DNA of 64,000 nucleotides, from NCBI GenBank assembly GCA_019057795.1, contig JAHLWS010000052.1:1-64000 (forward strand), given 5' to 3'. The notes under the pieces were generated by a model. That model did no database searches, was not told the DNA's origin, and was given only the letters and a program-made list of their open reading frames with translations. Numbering within the stretch: position 1 is the stretch's first letter; every line of letters starts with the position of its first letter. Origin of the DNA: Promethearchaeota archaeon. GTDB lineage: Archaea > Asgardarchaeota > Lokiarchaeia > Sigyniarchaeales > SOKP01. Shown one piece after another: positions 19,382 to 31,500 of this stretch. A program made the translations under genes and the position numbers.

Positions 19382-20254
19382 ATGAAATTATTCTTCCGAG
19401 ATTTAACAGAAAAAGATATACCCGCAATCTTAGATATAAGTAAAGATATATGGGAAGGAGATGATTACATTCCCGATGTTATAAAAAGGTGGTTAAATGA
19501 GGATGATAAGTTGGTTTATGGAGCTTTTCTTGAAGAAGAAATGAAGGAATTAATTGGATTTGGAAGAGTAAAGATGTTTTCTAATGGAGTAGCTTGGTTA
19601 GAGGGTGGTCGAGTGAAGATAACTCATCAAAAACAAGGAATAGGGCGTGATTTGATGAAGTATGCAATAGATTACGCGATACAAGCAGGCGCTAAGGTCG
19701 CTCAATATGATACATCTTCTAGAAATTTTGGGTCGAAATCTTTAGCAAAATTTCACGGATTTAAAGAGAAAAAAAGGATGGAAGTCTTAGAATGTAAAAT
19801 GAGAGAGTTAAAACTAAGCAAAAGTGATTTTTCCCAAATACGGAAAATAACTAACGAAGAGGCAAAAAGAATTTATAAAAAAATGGATATTGGCCCTGGA
19901 GATGAATTAAATATTGGATGGTCGTATATACCTTTATTAAATTTAGAGGATAAAAATTCTTTATGGTTTACTAATTCTGAAGCAATTTTACAAAAAATAG
20001 ATATTAAGAGTCATGCTCAACCAGAAAAACCTAGAGAAAATGAAGTATGGATTATAGTTTACGGTGATCCATTAGCCGCGTGTAAATTAATATCTTATAC
20101 ATTAAGCTTCGAAATTGATAAAGATGAGATCGATTTAGTTGAGCTTTACTGTAAGGCTGAAGTAGTAAAGTATGTAAAAGAATTAGGGTTTAAAGATCCC
20201 TCTTGGGAAGACGAACCCGTAGCGGTTGTTCTTTATGAAAAAGAATTAAATTGA
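19382..20254 (+). CDS. GNAT N-acetyltransferase
   Basis: WEGDDY, WLEGGRV, QKQGIG acetyl-CoA-binding motif. Confidence 0.8.
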   Translation: MKLFFRDLTEKDIPAILDISKDIWEGDDYIPDVIKRWLNEDDKLVYGAFLEEEMKELIGFGRVKMFSNGVAWLEGGRVKITHQKQGIGRDLMKYAIDYAIQAGAKVAQYDTSSRNFGSKSLAKFHGFKEKKRMEVLECKMRELKLSKSDFSQIRKITNEEAKRIYKKMDIGPGDELNIGWSYIPLLNLEDKNSLWFTNSEAILQKIDIKSHAQPEKPRENEVWIIVYGDPLAACKLISYTLSFEIDKDEIDLVELYCKAEVVKYVKELGFKDPSWEDEPVAVVLYEKELN

Positions 20255-20293
20255 AATACTAATTGATTGAAAATTAAAATAAAAAAAAGAAAA

Positions 20294-22024
20294 TTACATC
20301 TTTCTTAAAGCTTTTTTATCGACTTTGCCTATTGTTGTTAATGGTAATTGATCGAGAAATTCAATGAATTTAGGAACTTTATATTTTGCTAAATTGTCTT
20401 GAGCATATTTTAAAATATCTGCTTTAACTTCTTCTGAAGCTTGGTAACCTTCCTTAAGCAGCACATACAATTTAACTATTTCTGAACCTGGACGGTCTGG
20501 ATCTGGAATTCCAACAGTTGAACATAACTCTATTACGGCGTGTTTATTCATTTTATCGTCAACTTCAACGCTAAAAACCTTAAAGCCGCTGACAATTATC
20601 ATATCTTTTGTACGATCAACGATGGTAAAATATCCATCCTCATCCATCACACCAACATCACCAGAATAGAACCAACCGTCAACGAGTGCATTTTCAGTTT
20701 CTTTTGGTTTATTCCAGTATCCTTTGAATATTTGAGGGCCTTTTATGACTATTTCTCCAGGTGTTCCTATAGGGACTTCCTTCTTTCGATCTGTAACATC
20801 TACTAGTTTTACTTCTGTGTTAGGAAATGGAACCCCAACCGTTCCAACTTTCTTCTTTCCAAGGTAAGGATTCATAGTTACTCCGGGAGACGCCTCCGTC
20901 ATTCCATAAGCTTCTACAAGTTTCCCTTCGCCGACCACACCTTCGAATTCGTTTATATTTTTGGTGGGAAAAGGAGCAGCGCCGGAGATGTAACCTATTA
21001 CAGAACTTAAGTCTAATTTTTTGAATTTTCGATTTTTTAAAAGCATCATATAAAGAGTTGGAACGTTGTACATCAACGCTATTTTACCTTCATATTCTTT
21101 CATTTTTCCAGTCATATAATTAGTATCTCTTGGATCAGGAACTAAAATCTGTGCACAACCCATAAAAGTACTCTGAAGGCAAAATTGTAAACCTGCTAAA
21201 TGGAAAAACGGAAACCCTGACATGTAAATATCTTCACCGGGGTTAGCACCAGGTTCAAACCAATGAAATACTATTTGCATTAAATATATTAAATTTCGAT
21301 GAGTTAATATTGCCCCTTTAGGAGGGCCAGTCGTTCCACCAGTGTATTGAAGTAATAAAACATCTTCCGGACCTATTTCAACATTAGGTGATTTATCGTT
21401 TGGATATTTCTCCACAATATCTTTATAGGCAAAATATTTTATACCATTAATTGGCTCAACTTTTCCATAGGGGATTTTTCCTATTTTAATTAGTTGTTCT
21501 TTCATAGCGGGTTCTAAATCCAAAATATCAGCTACATTTGTAGTAATCACAATTTTTACATCGGTGTCCCCCGTTTGGAGCGCTTCCCTTACTTTCTCTT
21601 CGTAAAAAGAGTCAAGAGTAATTATCGCAACCGCTCCGCTGTCTTTTAATTGATATCTTATTTCATTTGGTTGTAATAAAAAATTCATCCCTGAAGCAGC
21701 ACATCCAGCGTAAAAAGTTCCAAATAGCGCTACGATAAATTGGGGAAGATTTGGTAAATTTATTACGACGCGTTCTCCTTTTTTTACGCCATTCTCAACA
21801 AGAAAGTTAGCAAAACTGTTAACATATTTTTCTGCTTCTTTAAAAGTCGCACAAGAACCTTGAAAATCGTAGCATAAGCTATTAGGATACTTATTAACCG
21901 TTCTTTTCATCATTTCTGCTACAGAATAATACTCTAGATCAATTTTTGGTTTTACATGAGCATCGTAAGATTTAAGCCATATTTTTTCCGAATATGGACT
22001 ATTTTTGGCATATTCATTTGTCAT
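20294..22024 (-). CDS. fadD: Long-chain fatty acid-CoA ligase
   Basis: YTGGTTGPPKG, EAYGMTE, SGDVG, DRTKDMI, IGKVDK. Confidence 0.9.
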   Translation of the reverse strand: MTNEYAKNSPYSEKIWLKSYDAHVKPKIDLEYYSVAEMMKRTVNKYPNSLCYDFQGSCATFKEAEKYVNSFANFLVENGVKKGERVVINLPNLPQFIVALFGTFYAGCAASGMNFLLQPNEIRYQLKDSGAVAIITLDSFYEEKVREALQTGDTDVKIVITTNVADILDLEPAMKEQLIKIGKIPYGKVEPINGIKYFAYKDIVEKYPNDKSPNVEIGPEDVLLLQYTGGTTGPPKGAILTHRNLIYLMQIVFHWFEPGANPGEDIYMSGFPFFHLAGLQFCLQSTFMGCAQILVPDPRDTNYMTGKMKEYEGKIALMYNVPTLYMMLLKNRKFKKLDLSSVIGYISGAAPFPTKNINEFEGVVGEGKLVEAYGMTEASPGVTMNPYLGKKKVGTVGVPFPNTEVKLVDVTDRKKEVPIGTPGEIVIKGPQIFKGYWNKPKETENALVDGWFYSGDVGVMDEDGYFTIVDRTKDMIIVSGFKVFSVEVDDKMNKHAVIELCSTVGIPDPDRPGSEIVKLYVLLKEGYQASEEVKADILKYAQDNLAKYKVPKFIEFLDQLPLTTIGKVDKKALRKM

Positions 22025-22186
22025 TTTTTATCAAATTTTAAAATTATTTTACTATAATTAACGAAATTCGGTAATTACTTCATTGTCATAACAATATTTA
22101 AAATTAATCTTCTAATATTGCCAATAAATAACAATAATATTTTTAGGAAGTATATTATAAAAAAAGATTAAAAAAAAGAAAAAAAA

Positions 22187-22717
22187 TTAGTATAGTTCTG
22201 CTGCAACTTTAGTAGATTTGTATCCTTTTCCACAATAAACGCAGAAAGCAATTCCGTTTTCAGCTAATTGTTCAAGCATTTTTTCGGTATATTGACTTCC
22301 GCATTCACTACAGTATACGGCATTAGGTTGTACAATTTCAATTTGCTTTAGCACTGGTTTGATGATCTCAGGCTCTACATAAGTTTGGGGCGGATTAACT
22401 TTTTGTTCTTCGCTAATAGGAGTTTTCTTAATAGGCTTAGGTTTTCCAGAAATAGCGTAATATATTTCTTCAAATAATTTGTATAAGCCTTCAAAAATAC
22501 CCTTTAATAGAAGATAAACCCCTTTTAATATATAATAAATTAAATAGCCGACTCCCTTTAACACAAAATATACTATAAGTACTGCAAGAATTAACGATGC
22601 TACAGTTCCAATTATCATCAAAACTTGAGCAGGGATAGACATACTTAAAAACCATGTCATAAATTCTTGCCAATATAATAAAGCTTGATCCGAAATTTGG
22701 TTCCAATTATTATTCAC
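22187..22717 (-). CDS. Membrane protein with C-terminal zinc ribbon
   Basis: TM segment, amphipathic LKG-repeat helix, CSECG...CVYCG. Confidence 0.7.
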   Translation of the reverse strand: MNNNWNQISDQALLYWQEFMTWFLSMSIPAQVLMIIGTVASLILAVLIVYFVLKGVGYLIYYILKGVYLLLKGIFEGLYKLFEEIYYAISGKPKPIKKTPISEEQKVNPPQTYVEPEIIKPVLKQIEIVQPNAVYCSECGSQYTEKMLEQLAENGIAFCVYCGKGYKSTKVAAELY

Positions 22718-22847
22718 TAATTACCACCTTTTTAACTATTATATTTAATGTTTTATTATTAGTTAAAAGGAGTTTGAAGTCGATTATAAAAAATTTGGAG
22801 TCCAGTTTTTAAATTTATTTTAAAAGAATAAAATTATAAGATATACA

Positions 22848-24260
22848 TTAAATTTCGGTATTGTTAGTCATATTTTTATTTGATTTATTAAAATCATACA
22901 TAAATTTGAACGCCTTTATTGCGTGGCTTATCTGAGTCATTATTGGAATTTTATATTTATACGAATGTTTTAAAAAGTATTCAAGAACCCAGCGGGAACC
23001 GAAAACGCAAGTAATAACGGGTTTATTAAGCTTGGTTGAAAGATTTCTCATTTCCCTCAAGTGTGGTGATATAGGTATAGAAAAGGCTTCTAAAGGTTTT
23101 TGAGGGACAGCGAAAATGTATAATAAAGCATCAACATTCTCATCGTTCAGTATTGCTTTTAACGATTGACTAAATGTCATAAATAAAGAAGGCCCCAAGT
23201 CGACAGGATTCTTCAAAGAAGTCCAATTGGGTGAGATAGATTTCATCTCTTGAATGGTGGACTCATTTAAAACTGCAAGTTTTAAACCTAGTCTTTCAAT
23301 TTCGTCGCATGCTAATATACCTAAACTTCCAGAAGATGTAATTATTGCGATGTTCTTTCCTTTAGGTAAGGGTTGAGTAGCAAATACTTGAGCAATATTA
23401 AACATCTCGTAAAAATTATTTACGCGATAAATACCGGAATATTGTTTGAAAATCGTATCGTAAATTTTGTCGTCTCCAGCGATAGAGCCAGTGTGACTCT
23501 TTATCGCTTTAGAACCAATTTCGCTACGACCATTTTTTAGAATTATAACGGGTTTAGTTAATTTTCTTAATATTTCTATTAACTTGGGTCCTCGTTTCAC
23601 GCCTTCTAAATAAACTGTTATCACATTAGTATTCGTATCTTTCTCAAGATATTCCAGCATATCAATCTCATCAACATCTACTTTATTTCCAAGAGTTATA
23701 GTTTTTGAAAAACCAATTTTCTGACTTGCTGACCACTCAACAAATATGTTTCCTAACACACCTGACTGGGCGATAATAGAAATAGTGCCCCCTTCTATAG
23801 ATTGATCAAAATCTATTTCTGTGGTTGTAAAATTGTTGTTAAAATTAGTAACACCCACGCAATTAGGGCCAATTATTCTTACTTTCGAATTTTTAGCAAT
23901 TACCTCTATTTCTTCTTGGATTTTAACAAATTTTGCGATGCCCGTTTCAGCAAAGCCCGCAGATTCTATAATTATTCCTTTAACTCCTTTTTTAACAGAA
24001 TCCTTCACTATTTGAAGCACATTTTCATTATTTACTACGACAATTGCTAATTCGATATCATCTGGTATATCATTAATATTTTTGAACACTTTATGACCAA
24101 AAATAATATCTTTATTTATATTGACGGGATATGTTTTAAAATTCGAGTTCAATAAATATTTTGTCATAGTATAACCAAATTTGAAAGTATCTGAAGCACC
24201 TATAATAGCAATGGATTTAGGGTTAAAGAAAACATCCATATCAGTTATTTGATCGCTCAT
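22848..24260 (-). CDS. acdA: ADP-forming acyl/acetate-CoA ligase alpha subunit
   Basis: FFNPKSIAIIGAS, GPNCVG, QSG, SHTGS (phospho-His), NPVDL. Confidence 0.85.
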   Translation of the reverse strand: MSDQITDMDVFFNPKSIAIIGASDTFKFGYTMTKYLLNSNFKTYPVNINKDIIFGHKVFKNINDIPDDIELAIVVVNNENVLQIVKDSVKKGVKGIIIESAGFAETGIAKFVKIQEEIEVIAKNSKVRIIGPNCVGVTNFNNNFTTTEIDFDQSIEGGTISIIAQSGVLGNIFVEWSASQKIGFSKTITLGNKVDVDEIDMLEYLEKDTNTNVITVYLEGVKRGPKLIEILRKLTKPVIILKNGRSEIGSKAIKSHTGSIAGDDKIYDTIFKQYSGIYRVNNFYEMFNIAQVFATQPLPKGKNIAIITSSGSLGILACDEIERLGLKLAVLNESTIQEMKSISPNWTSLKNPVDLGPSLFMTFSQSLKAILNDENVDALLYIFAVPQKPLEAFSIPISPHLREMRNLSTKLNKPVITCVFGSRWVLEYFLKHSYKYKIPIMTQISHAIKAFKFMYDFNKSNKNMTNNTEI

Positions 24261-24430
24261 AATTTAATATATCCTATTGAAAAGATTATATAAAAGATTA
24301 TAATTTATTGAACTTAAAATTTAGTTTTAAAGGTAGAATCTATATTGTTTTCGAAATTAGGGGTATTTATATTCTAAGATGTAGATAAATTGAAAGACAT
24401 AAAAATTAATTTATTTTTTTTTAAAATTAT

Positions 24431-25000
24431 ATGGAAGCTATAACAATTAATAGATATGTTCAAGTTATTTGTCCTGTGTGTAAAGCACAGAACACGGTAC
24501 GGATTCCTAAGTCCGTAATTAACCAAGCGTCTCATCTAACTACCGTTTCTGTTCCTAAAGGCGAAATTTGTCAACATCACTTCCAATTATTTATAGACAA
24601 AAATTTTAAAATACGTGGATACCAAAAAGTTGATTTTCAATTAGACTCCGAGAATGACAAAAAGAAGAAAAATCTAAGACATAATTACAAAGAAAATTAT
24701 GTAAATAGTTTAAAACTATACAAATCTTCAGTACCAAAGGACAATTCTATCAAAAATGTGCCAAAAAAGCCAGATAATAAAAAAGAAACAAAAAAAATCG
24801 AAGAGAACTTTAATAGAAAAAATCATAGAGCATTACAAGATATTTACGAAGAATTTTGGGAATTTATCAGTGATAACAATGAAATTTTTCAAAAATTTAT
24901 TGTTAAAGACAAAAAAAGAAGGTTTCTTTTGAATATGAATGAATTAACACCAGTTTCGGATCATAATTTTTTACAAACAGTTGACAAAACTGTGCAGTAA
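24431..25000 (+). CDS. Zn-binding hypothetical protein of a Lokiarchaeia-type family
   Basis: CPVC...ICQHHFQLFIDKNFKIRGYQKVDF. Confidence 0.6.
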   Translation: MEAITINRYVQVICPVCKAQNTVRIPKSVINQASHLTTVSVPKGEICQHHFQLFIDKNFKIRGYQKVDFQLDSENDKKKKNLRHNYKENYVNSLKLYKSSVPKDNSIKNVPKKPDNKKETKKIEENFNRKNHRALQDIYEEFWEFISDNNEIFQKFIVKDKKRRFLLNMNELTPVSDHNFLQTVDKTVQ

Positions 25001-25092
25001 ATTTTTAAGAAAAATCGTCTAAATATCATTAATCATTTATTATTTTTGAAATCTTCAAATTTATAGAATACTTCTTGTAAGAGCTTAACATA

Positions 25093-26244
25093 ATGAGCAT
25101 AGGCGGATTAATAAAAAAAGAATTTGCTAGAATTAAATCTGATAAAAGAACTTTAATTCTATTATTTGCAATACCAATGATATTAATTGTCATTTTTGGG
25201 CTTACTACGGGCGTTGGACCCACGAAATTCTTTACCACTGCGATTATAACTCTCGATGAAATGCCTACTTACGATAATTTCCCGTCAAACACTTCTCACT
25301 ACGACGATATTTTTATCTCGATAATGGAACAAAATAGCACAATGTGGGATCTTTATCGATACTATAATAGTAGCAACAGTGTAGAATATGACGAAGCATA
25401 TATTCGGTGTATTAATTTATTAAAAAATGAAGTAATAGATGTTTTTATTGTACTCCCTCAAAATTTCTCAGAATCTGTAGCAAATAAAACTAATCCTACA
25501 TTAATCTATTACATTGATGGATCTGATCTAAGCGCTGTTGGTGCAATTGAGGTAGCTCTTCAAGAACCCCTCGCTCTTTTTCGCGTTGAGATTAATATGT
25601 TGGAAAACTTTACAATAATGGTTCCACATCTTGAATTTGGGGTGCCTTCGTGGGAGTCTCAATTGCTCAACTACGCATTGGCTCTGATTTTACCAATAAT
25701 AATAATTGGGACTACGATGAATTTAACATCTTTAACAATTGTTTCTGAGGGTCCACTTCCGCGAATGCTTATTACACCTACGGCAAAAAGAGATATTATC
25801 CTTAGCAAACTAATTGCAAACACTGTAATAATGATAATGCAAGCTACAGAAATATTCGTAATGACATCATTTTTCGGTTTATATAGTTTAGGCTCGTTAT
25901 TTAATTTTTATCTAGTTTTAATAATGATTGGCTTTAGTGGGATATCTATAGGTTTATTTATCTCTGCAATTAGCCCAACAGAACAAGGAGCTAATCAAAT
26001 GTACTTGATGCTGTTTATTATTATCATAATTTTTTCAGGAACTCTTATGCCGCCTGAATCATTGGGGAGTGCACGATTTCTTACAGACATACTTCCTTTA
26101 AGCCACGCTTCAGTTCTTATAACAGATATAACTTTAAGAGGGTTATCGTTAAATTTAGAACATGTGCTTTCTATTCTTTTAATTTCATTTGTTTTTCTAG
26201 TAATTGCTTATATTGCATATAAGTTTAAAAAATTGGATGTGTAA
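25093..26244 (+). CDS. ABC-2 type permease (YbhR/S-like) with large extracellular domain
   Basis: KEFARIKSDKR N-terminal motif, TM1, exoplasmic loop with N-x-S/T sequons, 5 TMs, FSG...P...LPLSH. Confidence 0.9.
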   Translation: MSIGGLIKKEFARIKSDKRTLILLFAIPMILIVIFGLTTGVGPTKFFTTAIITLDEMPTYDNFPSNTSHYDDIFISIMEQNSTMWDLYRYYNSSNSVEYDEAYIRCINLLKNEVIDVFIVLPQNFSESVANKTNPTLIYYIDGSDLSAVGAIEVALQEPLALFRVEINMLENFTIMVPHLEFGVPSWESQLLNYALALILPIIIIGTTMNLTSLTIVSEGPLPRMLITPTAKRDIILSKLIANTVIMIMQATEIFVMTSFFGLYSLGSLFNFYLVLIMIGFSGISIGLFISAISPTEQGANQMYLMLFIIIIIFSGTLMPPESLGSARFLTDILPLSHASVLITDITLRGLSLNLEHVLSILLISFVFLVIAYIAYKFKKLDV

Positions 26245-26247
26245 AGA

Positions 26248-27480
26248 ATGAAACGGAGCAACCAAATCAACGATAAATCGTCTAAAGATGCTAAATTAAA
26301 AAAATTTAATTTTAAGAATAGTACATTTCGATTACTTAGACAAATTAAAAAAGAATTTCAACTTTTATGGACTGACAAATTCAATATTTTTATAGCGTTA
26401 ATAGTTCCCCCACTTGTAGTTGCCTTATTAGGTGTAACCACTAACATTGGAGGCTCTACTTCCAATCCTATAGATTGTGTTTTAGTTTCCTACGATTCAA
26501 ACACGTTTATTAATGAAAATAATTTTACGGAATCAAATCTAGACGATTACAGTGCGAAATATGTTGAGGCTGTAAACAGTTCGAATTTATTAAACCTTGT
26601 ACAATTTTTTAACGCTACTGAAGATATTTATGCGATGGAAACAGCTAGAAATTACTTAACTTCAAAGAAAATTAAGATTATTATTGCAATTCCGGTGGAT
26701 TTTTCTGAATTGTTAACCTGGGGGTATCCTGGTTTAATAGATTGCATAATTGATTCATCAAATATGAGAAAAATTCAAAAGAATTTAAATGCTGTTTATG
26801 ACTCTATTAAAATTTTTGTCAACCAAAACAATTTAACCCCTCAATTTAATGTTAGTGGTTTTGCAGAATTCTCAATTCCTGAAGACTATAGTTTCACATA
26901 TAATTATAATATGGTACTTGTTCTCTCTTTTATGGTTATAGGCGTTGGGATGGTCTCAACAATCTTAATAATAGTTCAAGAAAAACCTATTGCGAGATTA
27001 TTGCTTACTCCCGTTAAAAGAGCAGAGATTCTATCTGCAAAATATATCACTTATACTTGCATTTTAATTGTTCAAGATCTTTCACTTGTTATAAGTGCCT
27101 TAGCCTTTGGATTATACTTAGTAGGATCAGTCTTTGATTTATTCCTCGCATTATTTATTTTAGGGTTTAACGGTCTTGCTATAGGAATTTTTATTAGTAC
27201 ATTCAGCAAAACTAAAACCCAAGCAAATCAATTATTTTTTGGAGTATTTCTAATTTTAATTTTGTTAAGTGGAATTTTTATCCCTATTGATGCTATGCCG
27301 ATTTATTTACAAGTAATAGCATATGCTCTTCCTTTATCTCATGGAAGTCCATTGATATCAGGAATAGTTACTAAAGGAAAATCAGTATTTGGTTTTGACT
27401 TTTTTACTTTATTAGGAGTAAGCATTTTTCTGTTGATTACTTCATATATAATATTTCAAAGAAGAAAGTATGAGGTGTAA
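26248..27480 (+). CDS. ABC-2 type permease, second subunit
   Basis: KEFQLLWTDK, LLTPV, LSGIFIPIDAMP, LPLSH. Confidence 0.9.
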   Translation: MKRSNQINDKSSKDAKLKKFNFKNSTFRLLRQIKKEFQLLWTDKFNIFIALIVPPLVVALLGVTTNIGGSTSNPIDCVLVSYDSNTFINENNFTESNLDDYSAKYVEAVNSSNLLNLVQFFNATEDIYAMETARNYLTSKKIKIIIAIPVDFSELLTWGYPGLIDCIIDSSNMRKIQKNLNAVYDSIKIFVNQNNLTPQFNVSGFAEFSIPEDYSFTYNYNMVLVLSFMVIGVGMVSTILIIVQEKPIARLLLTPVKRAEILSAKYITYTCILIVQDLSLVISALAFGLYLVGSVFDLFLALFILGFNGLAIGIFISTFSKTKTQANQLFFGVFLILILLSGIFIPIDAMPIYLQVIAYALPLSHGSPLISGIVTKGKSVFGFDFFTLLGVSIFLLITSYIIFQRRKYEV

Positions 27481-28519
27481 AATGGAGAATTCAAGTCCGT
27501 CTGATAATACAATGGTACTAGTAGATAACCTAACTGTCACCTTTGGGGAAAACCAAGTTGTGAAAGACGTATCTTTTAATGTGAAGCAAGGGGAAATCAT
27601 TGGTATGTTTGGAATCTCAGGCGCTGGAAAAACTACAATTATTAGGGTTCTAACATGTCAAATTGAAAAGAAAAATTGGAGTGGAAATGTAGTAGTTACG
27701 GGTTTAAACCCTCGCAAAAAAAGAAATCATTCAAAAATTCTAAATAATATTGGATACGTACCTCAACTAGAACTATTGAATTTATATTTTGAATTAGACC
27801 CTTTAAAAAATGTTGATGTGTTTACATCTACTTATGGAATGAACAAAAAAAAAGCAAGGGAAACCGCTGAAAAGCTGTTTAAAATATTAGACATTCCTGA
27901 GGACACTTGGAAAAAAAGAGTATCGCGGATGAGCGGGGGCGAAAAAAAGCGTCTTTCAATGGCTATTGGTTTAATACATAATCCCCAAGTTCTCTTTCTT
28001 GACGAACCCACAACTGGCGTTGATGCATCGAAACGCTATGATATACTCAGTTATCTAAAGAAGTTAAACCAGCATTTAAACACAACTATGTTTATTATTA
28101 CGCACGATTTAGAAGCAGCACTAATATGTGATAAAACTGCGATATTAAGGCAGGGGAAATTACTCGAATTTGACACGCCTCAAAAACTAATATCTTCTTT
28201 GCCAAGTGGGGGTTTAGTTGCGAGAATTTCAATCGAAAATTTAGATCAAAAAGTAATAAAAACGGTTCAAAAATTTAATTCAGTCAAAAATGTATTACGC
28301 GTTGGAAATGAAACTATCGAAGTATTAATGGAAAATTTTGAGAATAACTTACCTAAATTAATGAAATACTTATTTGAGAATGAAGTTAAAATTTATTCAA
28401 TGAGTAGGGATATTGCCAACTTTAGAAGATTCTTTCAGATTAGAATCCAAGAGGAAGAAGAAAAAGAAAATGAAGAAAATCTTTCTGAAATAAATAGTGA
28501 AGGTGGAATTATATCTTAA
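27470..28519 (+). CDS. ABC ATPase (DrrA/CcmA-like)
   Basis: GISGAGKT, GYVPQ, MSGGEKKR, LDEPT, ITHD. Confidence 0.95.
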   Translation: MRCKMENSSPSDNTMVLVDNLTVTFGENQVVKDVSFNVKQGEIIGMFGISGAGKTTIIRVLTCQIEKKNWSGNVVVTGLNPRKKRNHSKILNNIGYVPQLELLNLYFELDPLKNVDVFTSTYGMNKKKARETAEKLFKILDIPEDTWKKRVSRMSGGEKKRLSMAIGLIHNPQVLFLDEPTTGVDASKRYDILSYLKKLNQHLNTTMFIITHDLEAALICDKTAILRQGKLLEFDTPQKLISSLPSGGLVARISIENLDQKVIKTVQKFNSVKNVLRVGNETIEVLMENFENNLPKLMKYLFENEVKIYSMSRDIANFRRFFQIRIQEEEEKENEENLSEINSEGGIIS

Positions 28520-28557
28520 AATTAAGTCGGAAAAATGAAAAAAGACTAAAAAATTTT

Positions 28558-31500
28558 ATGATAGTCTGTATTCTTATAGGAACTCCAATCATAAGTTTGG
28601 TTTTAATAAATGTTCGTTGGACTTATTTTATTGACGAAAAAGACGTTGAACAAGTTAAAAATATGGCAACTTCATTTACAAGCACGCACCATAACGATGT
28701 AGGACTTTTTGTAGAACCAGAAATTGATTCAAATTTTAGAGCTATTGATTCTATTAATTTCACATTTTCAAGTATTTATGCTCCTGAATTAATAAATCCT
28801 AATTATAATCTAAATATTGAGTCTTTTTCCCGTAATTTCTTTTTTGATTACATCTTTGAAAAACAAAATATCGATGGATCCTATTCAGATATAGCGGGAT
28901 TTGGAAATATGTTTTCAACCTATGAAGCAATCGAAACTTTAGAAATAGCCAATAAATCGTATCTTGAACGCAAGATAAATCTTAATGACACGAGTAATAT
29001 CGCAAATTACCTTTCAACTTCTTTAAATGAAGGGGGATGGGGTTTTAAGGCTAATCAGTTCTTAAACGATTCTGACATTATTTCTACATTCTGTGCGATT
29101 GAACTCGCCTATAGTTTATCAGAGAGTTCTTTACTTCTAAATCATAATATTGAAAAATTTATTAATTCCACATGGTTTGGAGGTAGTTATCGATCAACAA
29201 ATGTTTCTTTAGCTTCAAATCCAGAAACGACCTTCTATGGTATAAGAGCTTTTTTAGGTATGAATATGTCTTATAATTTTATTGAAAATTTATCTATTGC
29301 ACTTTATTTTAATTCATTATATAACCCTTTCGATGGGGGCTATATTAACACTGAAACGGGTATTAGTGATGTCAAATCAACTTATTACGCCATTTCTTCG
29401 CTAGATTTATTAGGGCTTTCTTCAACTTTAGTAAACGCTTCTAAAACATTAGAATATGTCTTAAATTGTTCAAATAATGATGGAGGGTTTGGTACACATC
29501 CAAATGTAACTAAATCTGATTTCACATCTGGTTGGGCAGCAATGAAATCAATTAAGATTTTAGAAAGCATATTACTTCTTACTCAAGAAGTAACTGATGT
29601 TCTAAAACAAATTAAAATTAATTACTATAAATGGCTACACTTTTTCCAAGCAAAAAACGCTCTATTTGGGCAAATAACAATTGAAACTAATTATTTTGGA
29701 ATTTTAACTTATTTTAGTATGGGTTATCTCGATTCAATACAGACCGCGCAATTTCAATACATAAAAATCAATATCTTAAATTTTACAAAAGCATGTTATA
29801 ATATTAACGATGGAGGATTTGGTTCGCAACCAGGTCAAGAAGCATCGCTTTTTGCAACGTATTGTGGATTAAAACTGTTGCAAATGCTTAATCCCGCAAA
29901 TCGACCTTGGGATCCTAATACTTTAAATCTAACACTGACAAAAAATTTCTTGTCTAGCTTGCAAAATTCTGATGGAGGTTTCAGAGTTGGAAACGATATC
30001 GATTATTTACTATCTCTTTTCGGATCTTATTCTATAGTTTTTACTAATTTAATCAATACGAATGTGTCCACTGTAGAAAGTACATATTGGGCATTAGTTT
30101 CTCTAGAATTAATTAATGGGTTAGATAAGATTCATTATAATAATCTTTCTCAATGGGTAAGGTCGTGCCAAAACGCTGATGGAGGATTTTCTATCGTTAT
30201 AGGATTTCATAGCGATGTTATATCTACATATTACGGTTTGCAAATCTTTTACGAGGGTTTTGTTGATGGTCCAATGTCTAAGATGACCGCAATTGGTTTT
30301 TTAAAGCTTTCGCAAACTTCCGATGGAAGTTTTTCCCTTTTACCCATGATGGGGGGATTTTTAGATTTACCTTCATCTTTTCTAGTGACCTATCTTGCTT
30401 CTAAAGCTCTTTACGACTATAACTTTCAACCTGATAGCATTCAAGAAGCTTTAATCTGGTTTTCGGGATGTATAAGCACCAACACGGGAGGAATAGGAGA
30501 TAACCCTGATTTTGGAGCTGATTTACGAAATTCTCCCTATGGAATTATAATTATAGACGAATTAAAATATGACCAGAGTTTTGATTCAAAACCTTGGAAT
30601 CAATTATTAATTTATATCTTACTTACTGAAGCTGGATTTATAGGTCTATATATATTTTTAAAAATTCGCAAAAGACTCTCGTTAATCAAAAGAATTATAG
30701 AAAAAGTAGGTTTGGGAGGGAAAATTACACCATCCTATCTTCAAAGGTTTTCAGCAATTCATTGTGAAAATTTCAGCGTATATGCGGGTGGTAAGTTAAT
30801 TGTTGATTCTGTTACAATGAAAATAGATCATGGGCAAATATTAGGAATCTTAGGGGAAAGTGGGGCAGGAAAGTCGACTTTTGTAAAAGGGTTGTTGGGA
30901 ATGAGAAAAATTACGGGATTTTGTAAAATTTATGGAATGGACATTAATAAAAAAAATTCTAAAAAGTTAAGACCAATATACGGCTATGTTCCCCAAGATC
31001 TAGGGAAAATCTATCATAATTTTACTGTCTTTGAAAACCTGTTATATTTTGGAAATCAATATGGGTTAACAGAACAAGAAATAATAAGTAGGTCTAGGAG
31101 ACTTTTGCGTAATCTTGAAATTGAAGATAAATTTAATGCACTCGTGAGAAACCTTTCGGGGGGCGAAAAAAGAAGGGTTAGCATTGCAATTGGGCTAATT
31201 CACGCCCCAATTTTTCTTATTTTAGATGAACCTACTTCAGGATTAGATCCAATAATACGCGAAAACTTATGGTTAGCCTTTACAAAAATCAACGAGCAAT
31301 TTGGAACTACTCTAATTGTTATAACTCATTACCCCGAAGAATCTCGCTTCTGCCATCGCGTTGCTATTTTCGGCAGAAATCGCGGCGTTATAGACTTTGG
31401 GAAACCAAAAGATCTTTTAGCTCAATTACCTGGAAAAGGACGTTCTATAGAAGTATGTTTCAAAGAACTAAAAGAAAATTTAATTGAAACGCTCGAATCT